Source of the DNA: Chloroflexota bacterium
Lineage (GTDB): Bacteria; Chloroflexota; Limnocylindria; Limnocylindrales; CSP1-4
Reading direction: 5' to 3'
Assembly (NCBI GenBank): GCA_037147135.1
Contig: JBAWVU010000001.1
Location: forward strand, 1 to 35,352
Length of the DNA: 35,352 nucleotides
The notes beneath the pieces are model-generated. The model did not search any database, was not told the DNA's origin, and was given only the letters and a program-made list of their open reading frames with translations. The first letter of the stretch is position 1. Each line of letters starts with the position of its first letter. Both the position numbers and the translations under genes were made by a program. Shown piece after piece: positions 33,572-35,352 of this stretch.

Positions 33572-35134
33572 ATGGCGCAGAAGTATCTTCTCGGACTTGA
33601 CAACGGCACCACCGGCGTCAAGTGCAAGATCTATGACCTTCAGGGCAACATCATGGGCCAGGGGTACCGCGAGTACTCGTGCGTCTACCCGAAGCCCGGC
33701 TGGACCGATCAAGACGTCAACATGCTCATGGAAGCCAACTTCCAGGCGTTGGCGGATGTCCTGAAGGCCAGCGGCGTCAATCCGGAAGATGTCGCCGGCA
33801 TGGGGCTGTCCACGCAGCGCGCGCTGCACCTGTACGTCGATAAGCAGGGCAAGGTCCTGCGCGACGGCATGGGCATCTCCTGGCAGGACGGTCGGCACAC
33901 CGAGCAGCTCGCGTGGATGCGTGATGTGCTGCCCGAGAGCCGGTACTTCAAGATCACCGGATTGCCCGTCGGCCAGATCTGGTCCGCCGGCAAGATCAAG
34001 TGGGTGATGGAGAACGAGCCGGAAGTCTTCGACGCCGCGGACAAGGTGCTCCTCACGCAGGAGTACTTCCTCCACGAGCTCGGCGCGAAGGACGGCTGGT
34101 TCGACGACTGGTCCAACGCCTCGCTGTACGGGCTGATGGACATCCAGTCGATGGAGTGGAGCAAGGAGCTCTGCGACGACTTCGGCATGCCGATGGACAA
34201 GCTCCCGCAGCTGGTCGGATCGGGCTGGCAGGTCGGCACCATCGACAAGTACGCCCACGAGCGGACCGGCCTGCCGATCGGTATGCCGATCTGCACGGGT
34301 GGTGGCGACCAGCAGTGCGCCGCGATCGGTGCTGGCGTGATCGACGAGGGGCTGTGCGAAGTCACCTTCGGCACGGCGGGCGTGAGCGTCGCCCACCTCA
34401 ACTCGCCCAAGTACGACGAGACCATGGCCGTCAGCCTGTCGGCGCATGCGTTCCCGGTCAAGACGTGGGAGGCCGAAGGCATCCAGGCAGCGGCCGGCGG
34501 CGCGTATCGCTGGTTCCGCGACAACGTCGGCCACATGGTGAAGCTGGTCGAGCCCTTCACGAAGGTCGATCCCTTCGTGATCATGAATGAGCATGCCAAG
34601 TCCGTGCCGGTCGGCAGCCACGGCGTGTTCTTCCATCCGTACCTTGCCGGCTCGGTTGCGCCTCACTATGACAACCTGGCGCGTGCCGGCTTCTTCGGCC
34701 TGAGCTTCAAGTCCGAGTTCGGCTCGATGGCCCGAGCGGTCATGGAGGGCGTCACCTTCGAGGCCCGTGACATCGTCGAGGCCTTCCAGCGGTTCGTGCC
34801 GCAGCGCGAGATCATGATGAGCGGCGGATCGACCAAGTCCCCGCTCTGGTGCCAGATCCAGGCCGACATCTACGGCAGCCCCACGTCTTCCATGCAGGAA
34901 GGCGAGTGCACGGTCATCGGCGCGGCCATCCTGGGCGGCGTCGGTTCCGGCGTGTTCAAGACAGTCGCAGAAGGCTGCGATGCGATGCTCCACAAGACCG
35001 GGACCTATGAGCCCGACGCGAAGAACCACGAGATCTACAACGAGCTGTACGAGCTCTGGAGGGAGTCCTACACGGCCCTCGCCGAGTCGGGCTTCTACAA
35101 GAAGCTGAACAAGTTCCAGCTGGCGAACGGCTAG
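33572..35134 (+). CDS. FGGY-family carbohydrate kinase (substrate unknown)
   Basis: Trimmed to ATG 33572, with agggagga 12 nt upstream. YLLGLDNGTTGVKCKIYD, PGWTDQD, GLSTQRALHLYVD, ICTGGGDQQCAAIGAG, MMSGGSTKSPLWCQIQADIYG. Confidence 0.9.
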   Translation: MAQKYLLGLDNGTTGVKCKIYDLQGNIMGQGYREYSCVYPKPGWTDQDVNMLMEANFQALADVLKASGVNPEDVAGMGLSTQRALHLYVDKQGKVLRDGMGISWQDGRHTEQLAWMRDVLPESRYFKITGLPVGQIWSAGKIKWVMENEPEVFDAADKVLLTQEYFLHELGAKDGWFDDWSNASLYGLMDIQSMEWSKELCDDFGMPMDKLPQLVGSGWQVGTIDKYAHERTGLPIGMPICTGGGDQQCAAIGAGVIDEGLCEVTFGTAGVSVAHLNSPKYDETMAVSLSAHAFPVKTWEAEGIQAAAGGAYRWFRDNVGHMVKLVEPFTKVDPFVIMNEHAKSVPVGSHGVFFHPYLAGSVAPHYDNLARAGFFGLSFKSEFGSMARAVMEGVTFEARDIVEAFQRFVPQREIMMSGGSTKSPLWCQIQADIYGSPTSSMQEGECTVIGAAILGGVGSGVFKTVAEGCDAMLHKTGTYEPDAKNHEIYNELYELWRESYTALAESGFYKKLNKFQLANG

Positions 35135-35146
35135 TCTCGCACCGGT

Positions 35147-35182
35147 CTTTGCGTGGCAGCCGAAGTCGGCTGCCACGCAAAG
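35147..35182 (+). terminator. Intrinsic-terminator-like hairpin after the FGGY kinase gene
   Basis: Perfect 16-bp stem, ctttgcgtggcagccg (35147-62) / cggctgccacgcaaag (35167-82), with a 4-nt loop aagt, starting 13 nt after the stop codon. There is no downstream T-tract, which is common in high-GC Gram-positive lineages. Confidence 0.6.
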
Positions 35183-35352
35183 CCACCAGATCCAACAAGG
35201 CACATGCCGAAGCGGACGTTTCTCACCCCACGCGAGAGGTGGGTGACCCACCTGATCTACCCGCGATGAATGCGCGGTGGCACGGTGGCCTCCCTGACCG
35301 GACAATCCCACCTTGCGCCGCCCTGGTCAGGCGCCCGAGATCGGCAGATCAC

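Noticed and set aside
33551-35311. 586-aa minus-strand ORF
   Set aside because: It is antisense to the FGGY kinase gene and would read through the terminator hairpin. It has no motifs.
35257-35352. Possible 3' end of a convergent minus-strand gene at the right edge (...PPRIHRG*), and an imperfect hairpin at 35223-35248
   Set aside because: Only ~32 codons are visible, with no motif, so the call cannot be supported. The hairpin has a bulge and no clear role.
1-35352. Scan for CRISPR repeats, tRNA/rRNA, transposase or integrase genes, toxin-antitoxin or defence-system signatures
   Set aside because: No spaced direct-repeat arrays, no cloverleaf-like or rRNA-like segments, and no ORF with DDE, tyrosine/serine recombinase, nuclease or helicase motifs were seen. 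Every convincing ORF is metabolic, transport-related or regulatory.

Overview
High-GC (about 68-74% in sampled 60-nt stretches) chromosomal window that looks actinobacterial or related. It is almost entirely coding, and nearly every product relates to sugar uptake and catabolism. I found no rRNA, tRNA, CRISPR array, transposase, integrase or obvious defence genes. All homology calls rest on motifs recognised by eye from memory; no searches were run. Left to right, the window holds five modules. (1) 1-10980, minus strand: a Rhizobium-type L-rhamnose locus with a DeoR regulator, a rhaTPQS ABC transporter, mutarotase, rhamnulokinase, isomerase, an unexpected PHP-like metallo-phosphoesterase, and the 5' part of the aldolase(/dehydrogenase) gene. 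(2) 11472-18574, plus strand: a putative L-fucose module with a CUT2-type ABC transporter, a LacI regulator, fucU and fucI, but no recognisable fuculokinase or fuculose-phosphate aldolase. (3) 18686-22541, minus strand: an unusual LacI-controlled operon encoding a bona fide-looking GDP-mannose 3,5-epimerase homologue, a compact fucokinase/HddA-like GHMP kinase, and a tandem-domain HIGH-motif (cytidylyltransferase-fold) nucleotidyltransferase. An FGGY kinase is transcribed divergently from it. I consider this the best candidate for an undescribed Leloir-like, nucleotide-sugar-mediated L-sugar pathway. (4) 24419-29939, minus strand: a DeoR regulator, a fused E1 alpha/beta thiamine-diphosphate dehydrogenase, a lipoyl E2 acyltransferase and a fructokinase-like PfkB kinase, with no E3. 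(5) 30041-35134: a HAD-IA phosphatase, then a lower-GC (about 57-65%) module of SorC regulator, DsrE/YchN-like small protein, HAD-IIA phosphatase and FGGY kinase that ends in a perfect hairpin. Candidate operators (palindromes and direct repeats) lie in the regulatory gaps. The many very long antisense ORFs in the track are high-GC artefacts.
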